Origin: a bacterium
GTDB lineage: Bacteria; Zhuqueibacterota; QNDG01; JAFGCO01
DNA: 64,000 nt
Direction: 5' to 3'
Assembly: GCA_016932575.1 (NCBI GenBank)
Contig: JAFGCO010000011.1
Coordinates: 10,851 to 74,850, forward strand
Every line of letters starts with the position of its first letter. Position 1 is the first letter of the stretch. Below are positions 47,888-57,601 of the stretch, piece by piece. Both the position numbers and the translations under genes were made by a program. The notes below the pieces were generated by a model. That model saw only the letters and a program-made list of their open reading frames with translations, searched no databases and was not told the origin of the DNA.

Positions 47888-48097
47888 ATGAAAACATGGG
47901 AATATAAACTTGTCGACAGTAATACCGTTAAGAAACCCGGTCTGATGAATGATTTTCCACCTGCCGATGTGGAGCAGCTACTCAACAAACTCGGCAGAGA
48001 AGGATGGGAAATTGTCTATTTTCAGTGTAAATTTAAAGCCAAGCAAATTGAAAATTTTTATGGGGTTGCCAAGAGAGAAGGCTCGGATCAATCTTAA
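47888..48097 (+). CDS. DUF4177 small protein
   Basis: MKTWEYKLV...EGWEIVYF. Confidence 0.55.
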   Translation: MKTWEYKLVDSNTVKKPGLMNDFPPADVEQLLNKLGREGWEIVYFQCKFKAKQIENFYGVAKREGSDQS

Positions 48098-48306
48098 CCA
48101 TTGATTTTTTTAAACGAACATACAGCCCTTTTAAAGGGCAAATCGGATGATTCCCGGATAATATCATGATTCTTTGTATTCTCAATAATCTCTGAGTATA
48201 AACAGGCCTTAAAGTTCAATTCATGTGTGATTGAACCTTGGCTTTTCCATAAGAGTCCATTATCTTAACATATCTGCCTTCTAAATATTTTGGAGAAAAT
48301 CGCATT

Positions 48307-48867
48307 ATGCCGTTTCATTTTAAACATCTTGCTATACCGGATATTATTTTAATCGAACCAAAAACTTTTCGTGATCCACGCGGTTATTTTCTGGAAACAT
48401 ATAAACATCCCGATTTCACTGCAAACGGCATTCCAAATCATTTTGTTCAAGATAATCTCTCCCATTCAACAAAAAATATACTCCGGGGATTGCATTACCA
48501 GATACCGCCCCACGCACAGGGTAAACTGGTCATGGCCCTTCAGGGAGAAATCTTTGATGTGGCCGTTGATATTCGAAAAGGCTCACCCACATATGGAAAA
48601 TGGATTAAAAAACACCTGTCCGAGGCCCGCCATGGGATGCTTTACATTCCTCCAGGATTTGCTCACGGATTCTTTGTGAAAAGCGAGGTTGCCGTTGTCA
48701 TGTACAAGTGCACTTCTGAATATTCGCCTCAGCATGATCGGGGAATTATTTGGAATGATCCCGAAATCCGGATCTGCTGGCCTTCTGAAAAACCGATATT
48801 ATCAAAAAAAGATTTGTCTCTGCCCCGCCTTTGTGAAGCAGAAAATCCATTTTTATACGCCCCCTGA
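48307..48867 (+). CDS. rmlC: dTDP-4-dehydrorhamnose 3,5-epimerase
   Basis: FKHLAIPDIILIEPKTFRDPRGYFLETY...GLHYQ...QGKLV. RmlC cupin fold. Confidence 0.85.
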   Translation: MPFHFKHLAIPDIILIEPKTFRDPRGYFLETYKHPDFTANGIPNHFVQDNLSHSTKNILRGLHYQIPPHAQGKLVMALQGEIFDVAVDIRKGSPTYGKWIKKHLSEARHGMLYIPPGFAHGFFVKSEVAVVMYKCTSEYSPQHDRGIIWNDPEIRICWPSEKPILSKKDLSLPRLCEAENPFLYAP

Positions 48868-48939
48868 AGGAAAACTGGTTCAGGAAATAATCTGAATGAA
48901 CAGAGCACACAATCAGCGTGAGACAACATGGAGAAAACG

Positions 48940-50244
48940 ATGACATTTCATAACAATCATGCCAAATGTATTATTTTTACCTTTATGGGTCTTATCATTT
49001 TTCTGCAAGGCACATTCCTTTTTGCTGTATCTGAGACTGCAGTATTGTTTTTATTGATATCGCCTTCTCCCCAGGCCAACGGCATGGGCCATACTTATGC
49101 AGCTGCGGCTTCCAAAGATCCCATGGCGTCCTTGATGAATCCGGCTTATCTGGGTTGCTATACAGAACATTATAATGCCGGCTTGTCTTTTTCTTATGCT
49201 GACTGGCTTCCCGAACTGGTCTCAGACATGTCCTACCACTGCGTATCCGCCAACGCGGGATTGACACTGAAAAAAATGCCGGTTTCTTTTGGATTGGGAC
49301 TGCACCGCATATTTCTGGATATGGGAGAAAATGTCTGGACAAGTGAATCAGGTACAGAGCTGGATCGCTTTGAAAGCTGTGACAAGGCCCATGTGCTCTC
49401 CCTGGCCGGTTCATGGAATTATCTGATTAATTTCAGCGCCGGAATGAATATCAAATGGATCCATTCCATGCTGGCTCCTGACTGGATCAGTGTTGGAAGC
49501 AAACAAGGGGCGGGAGAGGCAAAATCGACGGCCTATGACTTTGGAATGGCCCTGAAAATCCCGGCGGTCCAATCATTTGAGCATATATACGGTGACCCCA
49601 TTTTTGGGGATTTTCCCGTAAGCATCTTTCTCACTCCCGGTGTGAACTACAGTATCAACAATATAGGTGAAAAATTGACCTATATGGATCCTAAAGAGGC
49701 CGATCCTTTGCCAAGGGCTGCCCGTACAGGGATTCATTTTGAAACCGGGCTCCGATATCAGCACAATGATTTCCGTTTCAATATCGTTTCATTCTGCTAT
49801 GCGCGTGAAGCAATGGATATCCTGGCTGAAAAACAATGGGATGCAAATCATGAAAAAACGTCGATTCGCTACCAATCCGGCCTGGGGGATATTGATTTCT
49901 TTCATAACATTCTGCAGGGTAAAAAAAATTATCATGCGGAAACAATGGATGGTTGGGAATTTTCATTATGTGAAACTGCGGACCTGCGTTATGGCTATTA
50001 TGAAGATATTTCCGGAAATGTTAACTATCATACGCTGGGAGTCAGTTTAAATATACTGCCCGCTTTCAAATTATATCGTTATTTATTCGGCCATCTTGAC
50101 CATGATGATCTTATTGATTTCTTTATTACATACGGAGATATTGAAATACTCTACTCACAATACGATACAGACAAGGGCCACCCTTTGCAGGGCACATATT
50201 TTGTCGGCTTCCGCCTGCAATTAAGAAATTTTATAAGCTTATAA
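48940..50244 (+). CDS. FadL/PorV-like outer-membrane beta-barrel protein
   Basis: ATG 48940 has SD GGAGA 6 nt upstream. Signal peptide. N-terminal conserved block GMGHTYAAAASKDPMASLMNPAYLG, of the G..YAA...D.SA...NPAGL type shared by the FadL, PorV and UPF0164 families. Confidence 0.45.
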   Translation: MTFHNNHAKCIIFTFMGLIIFLQGTFLFAVSETAVLFLLISPSPQANGMGHTYAAAASKDPMASLMNPAYLGCYTEHYNAGLSFSYADWLPELVSDMSYHCVSANAGLTLKKMPVSFGLGLHRIFLDMGENVWTSESGTELDRFESCDKAHVLSLAGSWNYLINFSAGMNIKWIHSMLAPDWISVGSKQGAGEAKSTAYDFGMALKIPAVQSFEHIYGDPIFGDFPVSIFLTPGVNYSINNIGEKLTYMDPKEADPLPRAARTGIHFETGLRYQHNDFRFNIVSFCYAREAMDILAEKQWDANHEKTSIRYQSGLGDIDFFHNILQGKKNYHAETMDGWEFSLCETADLRYGYYEDISGNVNYHTLGVSLNILPAFKLYRYLFGHLDHDDLIDFFITYGDIEILYSQYDTDKGHPLQGTYFVGFRLQLRNFISL

Positions 50245-50313
50245 ATTGATTATTTTTCAATGGATGATTCGTTATATCAGGATGCGGATCAAACAGACGA
50301 ACCGGAGATCAAA

Positions 50314-51291
50314 ATGCCCGTTCAAACTGAATTACTCGAAATCCTGGCATGTCCCGACTGCACAGGACATCTGCAAGCCGGGGATTCTGAACTTATCTGC
50401 GCTGACTGTAAACGAAAATTTCAGATTCAAAACGACATTCCCCTGCTCTATCCGAAAAATCAGGATATTTCCGGATTCCGTGAAAAAATATTACTGGCTG
50501 AAATTGAAAAGCAATCCCGCACCGGAGAACAGGCAGAATACGACGCCATTCAATGGAAGCAATCCAAACAGGAATTTTGGAAGATAGTTCAGAAAAAGAT
50601 CGGCAAACCTCCAAAGCGGATTCTCTATATTGGTGCCGGTTATGATCCCGGATTTCAGCCATTTCAAGAAAATGGACATCTTTTCATCAATTTGGATTTG
50701 GTCAGTGACAAGCTGGAAACATTAAAAAATGAGCACAAGGCCGAGTACTGCATTGCAGGCGACATGCATGCCCTGCCCTTTCAAAAGCAATGCTTTGATG
50801 CGTTCATCATCATCGATTTGCTTCAGTACGAAAGAGACCTGAAATCCATTCTGCAAAATATGATGCATTTTCTGAAACCGGAAGGACAATTCTTTCTGCG
50901 GGCAATAAATGCCTGGGCTCTTTTCCGATTTTTCAAACCCATTGTCATGCCCCGGATGATGTATTCATTGATACATAAAATTCATGATCGATATAAAAAG
51001 AAACATCACTGGCGGTACAGGTATCAATTCCCGACCAGTTACTGGAACATCAGACAACATTTGGCCCAATTGGGATGCAGCAACATTCAGGTCTTTCCCA
51101 TCGATTCTTATCCCGGTCTGAATCAAATCAACCGCACTATTTATCATCTGCTCTCCCTGATAAAAGCAGTTCCTATATATTTGAATTATCATTATATGCT
51201 CTCTGCCGAAAATAATCACAACAGCAGTTTCAACGAGGTGTTGAAACGCGTGAACAGCTTTGATTTTGATAATGCAAAAAAGCCGTCCTGA
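50314..51291 (+). CDS. Trm112-like zinc-ribbon domain fused to a class I SAM-dependent methyltransferase
   Basis: MPVQTELLEILACPDCTGHLQ (Trm112/DUF343-type) with SD GGAG 7 nt upstream. The methyltransferase core ILYIGAGYDPG...ALPFQKQCFDAFIIIDLLQY...LKPEGQFFL follows. Confidence 0.65.
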   Translation: MPVQTELLEILACPDCTGHLQAGDSELICADCKRKFQIQNDIPLLYPKNQDISGFREKILLAEIEKQSRTGEQAEYDAIQWKQSKQEFWKIVQKKIGKPPKRILYIGAGYDPGFQPFQENGHLFINLDLVSDKLETLKNEHKAEYCIAGDMHALPFQKQCFDAFIIIDLLQYERDLKSILQNMMHFLKPEGQFFLRAINAWALFRFFKPIVMPRMMYSLIHKIHDRYKKKHHWRYRYQFPTSYWNIRQHLAQLGCSNIQVFPIDSYPGLNQINRTIYHLLSLIKAVPIYLNYHYMLSAENNHNSSFNEVLKRVNSFDFDNAKKPS

Positions 51292-51308
51292 AAGACGGCT
51301 TTTTTTTA
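51276..51308. terminator. Bidirectional rho-independent terminator between convergent genes
   Basis: AAAAAAGCCGTC-ctgaaa-GACGGCTTTTTTTT. A perfect 7-bp GC-rich stem is flanked by an A-run and a T-run. The TGA stop of the upstream methyltransferase gene lies in the loop. Confidence 0.7.
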
Positions 51309-51354
51309 TCTGAAACAAATTGCCCTGATGAGACAATCGATACGAAGCTGATGT

Positions 51355-52374
51355 TTAAAACGGCGCGTATTCTACAGCTGCTTCCAATTTTAATTCTTCG
51401 ATATGCTGTTTGAAAATTTCATTTTTTCTCTCATTTTCAATTTGAGACATAAGTTTATCTCGAACTTCTTCCAACGGAAGCGTCTCTTTCTTCCGATCAA
51501 TCACCTTGATAATATGATATCCATATTGCGTTTCCACCAAATCGCTGATTGAATCCACGGGCAATGTGAATGAAGCTTCTTCAAAAGGCTTGACCATATC
51601 CCCCCGTTTAAAATCTTGATACAGACCGCCTTTTTCATTGGATCCCGGATCTTCGGAATATTTTTTCACCAGTTTTTCAAAATCTGCACCGCTTTTTGCC
51701 ATGGCCAGTACTTCTTCTGCCTTTTTCCGGGTTTCCTGCTTCATTGAATCGGATTTTCCCTGGGTTAAAAAAAGAATATGCCGAACGGAAGCAGTTTTAT
51801 CCTGATTATAACGATCAATAACCTCCTGCTCTGTCGGGATTACATCCTGACCGAATTTTTCATCAAAGTATTTGTTAATCAGAAGCCTGTTTTTCATGTC
51901 TTCAATCACCTGGTCAACAGAAATGTTGTTATTTTCAAGTTGGGTCATAAACTGTTCCTCTCCACCCGCCCGGTCATAATTAAGCTGCATGACACTATCC
52001 AGTTCTGATTCTGAAATATTTAATCGTGTTTTTTCAATCTTGTTGATCAGTAAATTTTGATTTACGACTTCTTCCAGATTTGATTGAATAATGTTCCGTA
52101 ATTGATTCTCGCGTGCAGACAAAAGACGGCCACTGCTCTTCCCAAAAAAGAGATGCAGCTGCTCGATGACTGTGCCCGTAGTGATTTTAATACCTTTTCC
52201 TTTGGCCAAAACATTATTGGCATCCGGGTCAAAATAGGGTAATTTCTCGGAAATACTGACAGCCAGTTGATACGCTTCCGTACCTGGTTCCAATTTTACA
52301 CTTTGATCTTTTTCTTTTGAACAGGCACCAATCATAATACATAAAACAACAAAAACCATCATTAATTTTTTCAT
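51355..52374 (-). CDS. Parvulin-type peptidyl-prolyl cis-trans isomerase lipoprotein (PrsA/SurA-like)
   Basis: Start at the internal ATG with SD AAGGAG 8 nt upstream. Lipoprotein signal MKKLMMVFVVLCIMIGACS. PpiC domain VRHILFL...GGLYQDFKRGDMVKPFEEASFTLP...GYHIIKV. Confidence 0.8.
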   Translation of the reverse strand: MKKLMMVFVVLCIMIGACSKEKDQSVKLEPGTEAYQLAVSISEKLPYFDPDANNVLAKGKGIKITTGTVIEQLHLFFGKSSGRLLSARENQLRNIIQSNLEEVVNQNLLINKIEKTRLNISESELDSVMQLNYDRAGGEEQFMTQLENNNISVDQVIEDMKNRLLINKYFDEKFGQDVIPTEQEVIDRYNQDKTASVRHILFLTQGKSDSMKQETRKKAEEVLAMAKSGADFEKLVKKYSEDPGSNEKGGLYQDFKRGDMVKPFEEASFTLPVDSISDLVETQYGYHIIKVIDRKKETLPLEEVRDKLMSQIENERKNEIFKQHIEELKLEAAVEYAPF

Positions 52375-52564
52375 TTTAAACTCCTTGTTAAAATTGACAT
52401 AGGACGTAACTGACCAGCAAATCATTATCAATAACATTTAATTCCGTTCATTTCAGGAATCATAGCCCTGGTAGTATAATGTTTTTAATTTATCACTTCT
52501 GCTGGACAGCCTTATCTTATTTGTTACATAAAAGTACAAAAAGATATTTAGATTTCCCAGTGAA

Positions 52565-53080
52565 TTATATCAGATCGCGAATATAGGGACGAAATATCCG
52601 GCAGACAAACAAAAAAACAATATTTGCCGCCAACAATGCGAGTAACACCGGCCATGAGAATCCGTGAATGGCCACTCCCAATGCTGTCCCCGAGGCCGGA
52701 GGATGTTCCATATCAAAGACAACCATGAAAAACATGGAAAAGCCGACAGCCAGCGCATAAGCCATTAATGTAATCATCACATGCGGCTGAGGAATAACAG
52801 CGCACAGGCTGCCGCAGACGAATCCAATCATATGCCCGCCAATCACATTTCTCGGTTTGGCTGTTACGCTTTTCGGCATGGAAAATACAATAAAAGCCGT
52901 AGCACCAATTGAAGCCGATATCACCAGATTCTGAAATTTTAATACCAGTAAAACAGCAAACATAGAAATCATGGCGAACATGCTTTGAAAAACATAATGT
53001 TTCCAATGACTGCGAAACTCCTGCAGCATCTGCGAAACACTGCGCTGTGTTGAATTTCTGTTTCTCATGGATTCCTTCAT
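52565..53080 (-). CDS. HPP-family integral membrane protein
   Basis: DMEHPPASGTALGVAIHG is the HPP motif. Four TM helices. Confidence 0.7.
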   Translation of the reverse strand: MKESMRNRNSTQRSVSQMLQEFRSHWKHYVFQSMFAMISMFAVLLVLKFQNLVISASIGATAFIVFSMPKSVTAKPRNVIGGHMIGFVCGSLCAVIPQPHVMITLMAYALAVGFSMFFMVVFDMEHPPASGTALGVAIHGFSWPVLLALLAANIVFLFVCRIFRPYIRDLI

Positions 53081-53087
53081 AATAGAT

Positions 53088-53864
53088 TCAAATTCGTCTC
53101 AGTAAATAGGTCACGCAGACCAACTGATTTTCAAGGATCTGGTTTTCCCTGATCTGCGCATCGAGATATTTCTGCAGAATGTCCTGTTTATCCGGATATT
53201 GTAATATGAATTCATTGGCTCTTTTTTCAATGGCCTGATAGATTTGCCGGTTTGATTTCTTAATAAATGATGCGTCCATTGTCTGTTGACCCGCACATAT
53301 AAATCCGGCCCTTTGGATTTGTTTCATCATCTCCGTTTCAGACAGATACATGTCCGATTGCCAGGAAACGTTATCAGGAATGTACCCGTCATCCAAAACA
53401 ACATGTCCATTCGGTCTCAGACGCAATTTGATTTGTTTGAGCGTCTCTTCAACCGTTCCCAGCACGGGGCCAATAGAGCCCAGTATAATCAAGTCATATC
53501 CCTTGAACTCGGATGAAAGCTTACGGATATCTCCCACTTCAAACCGGCATAAATGAGAGACGCCGTTTTGTTCAGCATGCTCCCATGCTTCTTTGATAAA
53601 CGCCGGCATGGCATCAATGCCATGCACACGGAACCCAAATACCCTGGCCAATGGAACGGAGATCGCCCCCTTGCCGCATCCCAGATCCAGCACGGTGAAA
53701 TCGGATTGCTGATCCAGCTGATGCTTTCTGATCAGGCCAAGAATCACGTCTGCCGATGAACCGATCTCCCATAAATCCTGCAGCAAATATGGGAGGTAAG
53801 GATAGAGGGCCTCGTCTTCACCGTCCAGGGATTGAACAACCGATATGATGATATCATCCTGCAA
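53088..53864 (-). CDS. Class I SAM-dependent methyltransferase
   Basis: TTG start with GGAG 9 nt upstream. SAM motif I VLDLGCGKGAISVPLA. Confidence 0.7.
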   Translation of the reverse strand: MQDDIIISVVQSLDGEDEALYPYLPYLLQDLWEIGSSADVILGLIRKHQLDQQSDFTVLDLGCGKGAISVPLARVFGFRVHGIDAMPAFIKEAWEHAEQNGVSHLCRFEVGDIRKLSSEFKGYDLIILGSIGPVLGTVEETLKQIKLRLRPNGHVVLDDGYIPDNVSWQSDMYLSETEMMKQIQRAGFICAGQQTMDASFIKKSNRQIYQAIEKRANEFILQYPDKQDILQKYLDAQIRENQILENQLVCVTYLLRRI

Positions 53865-54007
53865 TTATTTTCTCCAGTTCAGAAAAAAAATATAAATATA
53901 AATTTATGTATTTGAGTACAGCGAAATCCATAATAAATATAAACAGAAGAAAAAAGACGATGATCCTGACCGATTTTTTATGATCTGTTGTTTGATAAAT
54001 CACAAAT

Positions 54008-56269
54008 TTACTTTCCCATTTCTAGCAGTTTCAGTGCGCTCTCTTTTCCCTTTTCACCCACCTCGAGAACCGGTCCCACACAGGACGGACACCCGTTTGT
54101 ACACGTACAGGAGCGTATAAGGTCTCTGGCAGCATCAATCAGATCCTCATGAATCCCGAACAGTTTTTGGCTGTAACCCACACCTCCAGGCGTATGTTCA
54201 TAAATATAAACCGTGGGTTTAGAAGAAAATGGCGAGCGGAGCATAGGGACCGTACGTAAATCTTTTGGATCGGTCATCACCCACAACGGCGCCACATTTT
54301 CGAGCACATTGGCCACGGCTTTTAAGGCATCCCCGAGATTGTCTTCAGTCATGCTCAATTGATCCTTGACTGTATCATCCAATTCCCACCAATAGGCTGT
54401 GGTATGCATGGTTATTTCAGGTAGATGAATTTTACCGGCCCCCACATTTTCATGGGTATTGAATTTTATTTTTTTATAAAGGGTTGCGAGATTGGTCACG
54501 CTTACCTCGCCGTGGCCCTTCTGCCCGCAGGATACGGGAACCTGCTTAAAGGCGTCAATGACCCGGATATCCGTCTTCATCTGCGCATCTGTGTAATAAT
54601 CCGTCTTTTTCTCTTGAACATACGCTTTTCTCCGGTTCCAATCAAGCTTATCTACATGAAACTTACGACCCTCATGAATATAGATGGCTTCATCGTGAAC
54701 CAGCATAGGCGCGCTGAACAAATCCACTTCCCCGATAACACGCTCTCCCTGCGTGGTATCAATAATCACCACATTGTCCGGGGCAGCCCTTCGCAAACTC
54801 ACCTCTTCCGCCGGATAGGTTTCACTGGACCAGTGATATTGATCCCCGGCATGATGAATCACTTGATGCTCTTCCAGATATGTCAGCAGTTCATCGGTAG
54901 AATCCGTACCAAAGTGCTCACCATCCTTAAAAGGCAATTCAAAAGCCGCACACTTCAGATGGGATAATAAAATGATAAGATTGTTCGGATCGACCACGCC
55001 CATTTCAGGCGGACTTTCGAAAAAATATTCCGGATGATTGATAATATACTGATCCAGAGGAGCACTTGTGGCGACAAGAATGGCGACAGACAGGGACGAT
55101 CTCCTGCCTGCACGGCCTGCCTGCTGCCAGGTTGAGGCAATTGTTCCCGGATAACCGCACATCATGGCCACTGAGAGCTGGCCGATGTCAATACCCAATT
55201 CCAGGGCATTGGTGGAAACCACTGCCTGAATCGATCCGTTCCGCAAACCGGTTTCTATCTCTCGCCGCTGATTAGGCAGATACCCGCCGCGGTAACCGCG
55301 AATTAAACGGGACGATTTTTTCAGGGACTTCATGGCCTCCTGCAAATAGGTCAGCAGGATTTCCACGCGAAGCCGGCTTCTGGCAAAAATGAGGGTTTGC
55401 ACGCCGGAGGACAAAAAATGCCGTGCAATGGAACGTACTTCTTTTACAGCTGATTTTCGAATACCCAGTTCGGGATTAACAACAGGCGGATTATAAAAAA
55501 TAAAATGTTTTTCACTGCGGGGCGCGCCATTATTATCGATTAAAACCGCTTTGTCTTCAATGAGTTTCTGAAACAGTTCTTGCGGATTGGCTATGGTTGC
55601 AGAACAGCCGACGAACTGGGGGGAAGCACCGTAAAATCGGCATATCCGTTTTAAACGCCGGATCAAATTCACCAGATGGCTGCCGAAAACACCCCGGTAA
55701 GAATGGACTTCATCAATAACCACATATTTCAGATTTTCGAAAAGTTTCACCCATTTTGTATGATGCGGTAAAACACCCTGATGAAGCATATCCGGATTGG
55801 TAACCACAATATGCCCTACCAGACGAATGGCCCGACGGGCAGATACCGGCGTATCGCCATCAAATGTATAGGTTTTAATATCCACTCCAAGAATCTGAAC
55901 CAGATCATGCAATTCGGAAACCTGATCCTGCGAGAGTGCTTTGGTAGGAAACAAGTAAAGTGCCCTGTTTTCAGGATTTTCAAGAACCGCATCCAATACG
56001 GGAAGATTATAACAAAGCGTTTTTCCTGAAGCGGTCGGTGTGACAACGACTGTATGATTTCCGGCCAGAATTGAATCAATGGCGGCGGTCTGATGCGTGT
56101 ACAGCTTCTTGATACCCCTGGATTGAAGCGCATCCAGAAGCCGGCAATCAAGTTTTTCCGGAAATCCAGAATATTCAGCAGGTTGCGCCGGTATTTTCTC
56201 CCAATGTGTTACGTTGCTGTGGAATTCAGGCGACCTTTCCAGCCAGTCAATGAGTTGTAATAGATTCAT
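54008..56269 (-). CDS. DEAD/DEAH-box helicase with C-terminal DUF1998 zinc-ribbon (MrfA/YprA-like)
   Basis: Walker A TPTASGKTL. DEVH-type box VIDEVHSYRG. Motif III SATIANP. C-terminal CTCTNGCPSCVGP. The size (753 aa) matches YprA/MrfA rather than DISARM DrmA. Confidence 0.8.
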   Translation of the reverse strand: MNLLQLIDWLERSPEFHSNVTHWEKIPAQPAEYSGFPEKLDCRLLDALQSRGIKKLYTHQTAAIDSILAGNHTVVVTPTASGKTLCYNLPVLDAVLENPENRALYLFPTKALSQDQVSELHDLVQILGVDIKTYTFDGDTPVSARRAIRLVGHIVVTNPDMLHQGVLPHHTKWVKLFENLKYVVIDEVHSYRGVFGSHLVNLIRRLKRICRFYGASPQFVGCSATIANPQELFQKLIEDKAVLIDNNGAPRSEKHFIFYNPPVVNPELGIRKSAVKEVRSIARHFLSSGVQTLIFARSRLRVEILLTYLQEAMKSLKKSSRLIRGYRGGYLPNQRREIETGLRNGSIQAVVSTNALELGIDIGQLSVAMMCGYPGTIASTWQQAGRAGRRSSLSVAILVATSAPLDQYIINHPEYFFESPPEMGVVDPNNLIILLSHLKCAAFELPFKDGEHFGTDSTDELLTYLEEHQVIHHAGDQYHWSSETYPAEEVSLRRAAPDNVVIIDTTQGERVIGEVDLFSAPMLVHDEAIYIHEGRKFHVDKLDWNRRKAYVQEKKTDYYTDAQMKTDIRVIDAFKQVPVSCGQKGHGEVSVTNLATLYKKIKFNTHENVGAGKIHLPEITMHTTAYWWELDDTVKDQLSMTEDNLGDALKAVANVLENVAPLWVMTDPKDLRTVPMLRSPFSSKPTVYIYEHTPGGVGYSQKLFGIHEDLIDAARDLIRSCTCTNGCPSCVGPVLEVGEKGKESALKLLEMGK

Positions 56270-56319
56270 GGCATCCTATTTGCCTGTTTTATAGATGTAA
56301 CTGTTATTTAATTGCTTTA

Positions 56320-57186
56320 TTGAGACCCCAAAAGAGAAAATCTATGAAAATCGGGTTTCGAATTCTAACGACAAGTCTGATAATTTTAAGCATGCGGGGT
56401 TCTGCTCGCTCTGAAAAGTTCCTCTTCTGCTACAAGTTTCGTCCCGGAGAATACTTAACATATCAGACCAACCGATGGGACAGTGTTTTAATTGGCAGTA
56501 AAAACCGATTTTCTGCCAGTGAAATTCATGTCTATTTAAAAGAAACACTCGAAGTCCGGAAAGCATCTCCAGAAATTCATCACGCTATTGCATATCATCT
56601 GGATGCAGTCGACATAACACCTGACAGGCTGACTTCCAAGATCGAGGATTGGAATCTGTTTCAGCATTTTCGAAAGCAATTAACTGATACGTTGATATAT
56701 ATGTCCACAAACGGATATCCATTGTGGAATACGGATCATTTTCATTTTAATCAACTCACATTGCCTTTGTCTGAATTTCCCCTTGAATTGAATGAAGGCT
56801 GGGAATTTGAGTTTGAGCTTCCACATGATCCTCTTTCTTCCCAAAGCTGCCAATCTGTTGTATTCGGGCATGGTATGCTGTATGATTTTATTAAGGAAGA
56901 TTCACGAACATTTGCCCGATTTGTTGTCAATACCACCCAGCTTTTTGAAGGTGAATGCACAATATTCAATGGATCATCACACAACTTCATCAACCGTGAG
57001 GGTGTAATTGAAGCCACGCATCTTGTATACTTTGACGAGGATCGTGGCATTATCACAAAAATAATTACAGAACAAGTGACAAAAGAAAAACAGTACACAC
57101 AGTCCGACTATCTGTCATTTACCATTAAAACAAAATCCACCACAGAATTGGTGGATTGGGATATGGGTAAAGGTCTCCTGCAGTAA
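56320..57186 (+). CDS. Hypothetical secreted protein
   Basis: Signal peptide MRPQKRKSMKIGFRILTTSLIILSMRGSARS. No recognisable domain. Confidence 0.4.
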   Translation: MRPQKRKSMKIGFRILTTSLIILSMRGSARSEKFLFCYKFRPGEYLTYQTNRWDSVLIGSKNRFSASEIHVYLKETLEVRKASPEIHHAIAYHLDAVDITPDRLTSKIEDWNLFQHFRKQLTDTLIYMSTNGYPLWNTDHFHFNQLTLPLSEFPLELNEGWEFEFELPHDPLSSQSCQSVVFGHGMLYDFIKEDSRTFARFVVNTTQLFEGECTIFNGSSHNFINREGVIEATHLVYFDEDRGIITKIITEQVTKEKQYTQSDYLSFTIKTKSTTELVDWDMGKGLLQ

Positions 57187-57294
57187 ATATCCGAATTTAA
57201 TTTTAACGATAGCTCAAGATTAATATATAAAAGCCATTTCAATCCCGCAAGAATAAAAAGGCCAAAAATAAACCCGAAAAATATCGTGAGTTGA

Positions 57295-57501
57295 TCAGGC
57301 TGCAGTGATACCCAGTTTTACGGTCACCTGCCAGTAGGCGACTTTTCCGTTTTCGACCTGGCCTCGCGTCTCTACTACCTGAAACCAGCGGATATTATTC
57401 TCCGCTTCTCCAACATGGGTAATCGCATTATGAACGGCGTCTTCAATACTCTGTCTGGATGAACCGACAACATCGATTATTTTATATACATGGTCGGACA
57501 T
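57295..57501 (-). CDS. Dodecin (flavin-binding)
   Basis: 68 aa. MSDHVYKIIDVVGSSRQSIEDAVHNAI...WFQVVETRGQV fits the dodecin family. Confidence 0.8.
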   Translation of the reverse strand: MSDHVYKIIDVVGSSRQSIEDAVHNAITHVGEAENNIRWFQVVETRGQVENGKVAYWQVTVKLGITAA

Positions 57502-57601
57502 GATAACCTCCTAATCAATGTCTGATTTATGATATCAAACGATTCTCATGAATTGATGGTTCCCGAATTCAAACCCAAATGTTCACCTGGCAATCGAGTG
57601 A

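Noticed and set aside
48115-48135. GCCCTTTTAAAGGGC palindrome after the DUF4177 gene
   Set aside because: The stem is 4-7 bp with essentially no loop and no T-run. It is unlikely to be a functional terminator.
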